Of a stretch of 64,000 nt of DNA, positions 62,423 to 64,000 are shown piece by piece. Position 1 is the first letter of the stretch; each line of letters begins with the position of its first letter. This stretch comes from an uncultured archaeon (GTDB lineage: Archaea > Thermoplasmatota > Thermoplasmata > Thermoplasmatales > Thermoplasmataceae): the NCBI GenBank assembly GCA_000965745.1, contig CP009479.1, positions 2,144,001-2,208,000 of the forward strand, in the 5' to 3' direction. Position numbers and translations under genes: made by a program. The notes under the pieces are model-generated. The model made no database searches, was not told where the DNA came from, and saw only the letters and a list, made by a program, of their open reading frames with translations.

Positions 62423-63601
62423 ATGCTATTCAGCGATATAGTGCAATATGCCCGGGAGTATTCCAACTTTGCATACATCTGCAAATTCGACAGGGACAGC
62501 AAGACAGAAGGCGAGGAGAGGCTCTACCTTTCCAACAGGGAACCCCTGTTAGCTGAAAACAGTGTCAGGGAATTCTTCAATGCTATTGGGGAATTGAGTT
62601 CGTCGGGCATTTCCGAAAATCAGGAAATACCGTTCTTCCTGGGATACGATTCGGTTCCGGAGTTCTACCCCGTTGGAAAGATAAAACAGTCCGGGTGGCC
62701 AAAGGCAGCTGCAATGGTCCCTGATAAGGTATTGAAGGGGAGATTTGACAGGGACCCTGATGCGGCGGTAAGGGGACGCGTAGAGAACTCTTTCTCAGAC
62801 CACGAAATGCAGGAGAAGATCAGGGAGCTCAGGGACAGGATAATATCAGGAGAGCTGCTCCAGGTTGTTCTTTCCAGGAGGTTCGACCTGAACGGGCTGG
62901 ATCCGTTTGCGCTGCTGCAGCACTTCATGGAGGGGGACAGGTCACTTTATGTATTCTACTACAAGCTTGGGGAATACGAGATCATTGGAAGTTCCCCGGA
63001 AAATATAGTATCAAGATCGGGAAGAGACCTTGAGGTCCATCCCATTGCAGGAACCATAAAAAGGGGGTCCGACGATGCGGAGGACATTGAGCTTGGAAGA
63101 AAACTTCTCCAGGACAGGAAGGAGCTGAGGGAACACAGGATGCTTGTCGACCTCGCCAGGAATGATCTCGGAATCGTTTCAGAGCCCGGAAGCGTGAAAG
63201 TCGTGAAATCCATGGAGATCCAGAGATTTGCCTCCGTGCAGCATATTGTCAGCACGGTCCATTCCACCCTGAAAGAAGGGCTCGGGAACTATGAGATCGC
63301 CAGGACACTCTTCCCCGCAGGAACGGTTAGCGGAGCCCCAAAAGTCAGGGCTATCGAGCTTATAGACAGGTATGAGGATGTGGCAAGAGGCCCATATGCA
63401 GGCGGTTTGGGAGTGATGTCACAGGATTCAATGGAAATGGCCCTCCTGATCAGGTCAGTATTCAGGAATGGGTCCGAGACCTACACTCAGGCTGGCGCAG
63501 GCCTCGTCATGGACTCAGATCCTGAAAAGGAAGTGAGGGAATTCTACTCAAAGGCTGCAACAGTAATGGGAGGTTTGAGAAGTGCGAGTATTGATCATTA
63601 A
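62423..63601 (+). CDS. trpE: Anthranilate synthase component I
   Basis: SSPE, PIAGT, EHRMLVDLARND, PAGTVSGAPK. Confidence 0.93.
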   Translation: MLFSDIVQYAREYSNFAYICKFDRDSKTEGEERLYLSNREPLLAENSVREFFNAIGELSSSGISENQEIPFFLGYDSVPEFYPVGKIKQSGWPKAAAMVPDKVLKGRFDRDPDAAVRGRVENSFSDHEMQEKIRELRDRIISGELLQVVLSRRFDLNGLDPFALLQHFMEGDRSLYVFYYKLGEYEIIGSSPENIVSRSGRDLEVHPIAGTIKRGSDDAEDIELGRKLLQDRKELREHRMLVDLARNDLGIVSEPGSVKVVKSMEIQRFASVQHIVSTVHSTLKEGLGNYEIARTLFPAGTVSGAPKVRAIELIDRYEDVARGPYAGGLGVMSQDSMEMALLIRSVFRNGSETYTQAGAGLVMDSDPEKEVREFYSKAATVMGGLRSASIDH

Positions 63602-64000
63602 CAATTATGACTCGTTTGTGTACAACATAGTGCAGGCAATCCAGAAAACAGGGGCGGAAGTGGATGTTGTAGAGAACGACAGGATTCGTGATATAGCTGA
63701 TCTTGACGGGTACTCTGCATCAATAATCTCCCCTGGGCCGGGAAATCCGGCTAATGAAAAGGACAGGGGAGAGATATTCAATTTCATCGACAGGTTCTCT
63801 GACAGGAAGATACTGGGCATATGCTTCGGCCACCAGGTCCTTGCATACTATCTCGGAAGCAGGATCAGGCAGTCAAGGTCAGTTATGCATGGTGAAGTGG
63901 ACAGCATCAGCCATTCAGGCGGAGCCCTCTACAGGAATGTGCCTCAGACCTTCAGGTCAACCAGGTACCATTCACTGGAGATAGAGGCCGGCGATGGAAT
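63582..64000 (+). CDS. trpG: Anthranilate synthase component II (partial, runs off the window)
   Basis: GTG start then LIINNYDSFVYN, SPGPG, LGICFGHQ, RYHSL; not in the ORF track. Confidence 0.92.
   Translation, partial: MRVLIINNYDSFVYNIVQAIQKTGAEVDVVENDRIRDIADLDGYSASIISPGPGNPANEKDRGEIFNFIDRFSDRKILGICFGHQVLAYYLGSRIRQSRSVMHGEVDSISHSGGALYRNVPQTFRSTRYHSLEIEAGDG

Noticed and set aside
1-64000. CRISPR array, rRNA, IS transposase
   Set aside because: No regularly spaced repeats, rRNA-like tracts or transposase motifs seen

Overview
Archaeal chromosomal segment, most consistent with a Thermoplasmatales-like acidophile. This is inferred from MCM, a TFB-like protein, fibrillarin, Cgi121, Dph5, LonB, aMBF1, DUF2070/DUF424 and a trpB2-led trp operon. 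Most of the window is core metabolism and information processing: Rieske/cytochrome b, a succinate dehydrogenase operon, hsp20 plus regulator, eno, aroC, alaS, aspS, an ABC exporter pair, mcm, trpBADFEG and two tRNAs (Val-TAC, Thr-GGT). One AT-richer island of about 6.4 kb lies between tRNA-Val and a decayed duplicate of its 3' half, and carries a pseudogenised fragment resembling casposon-type PolB. Other notable points: an Sdh operon whose membrane anchor resembles the mycobacterial Sdh1 (Rv0249c) type; a TFB lacking the zinc ribbon, coupled to an orphan gene; a perfect HSR1-like operator before hsp20; an NfeD protease with His at the catalytic Lys position; and a site-2 protease homologue that has lost HExxH. 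All family calls come from motif recognition by eye; no database searches were run.
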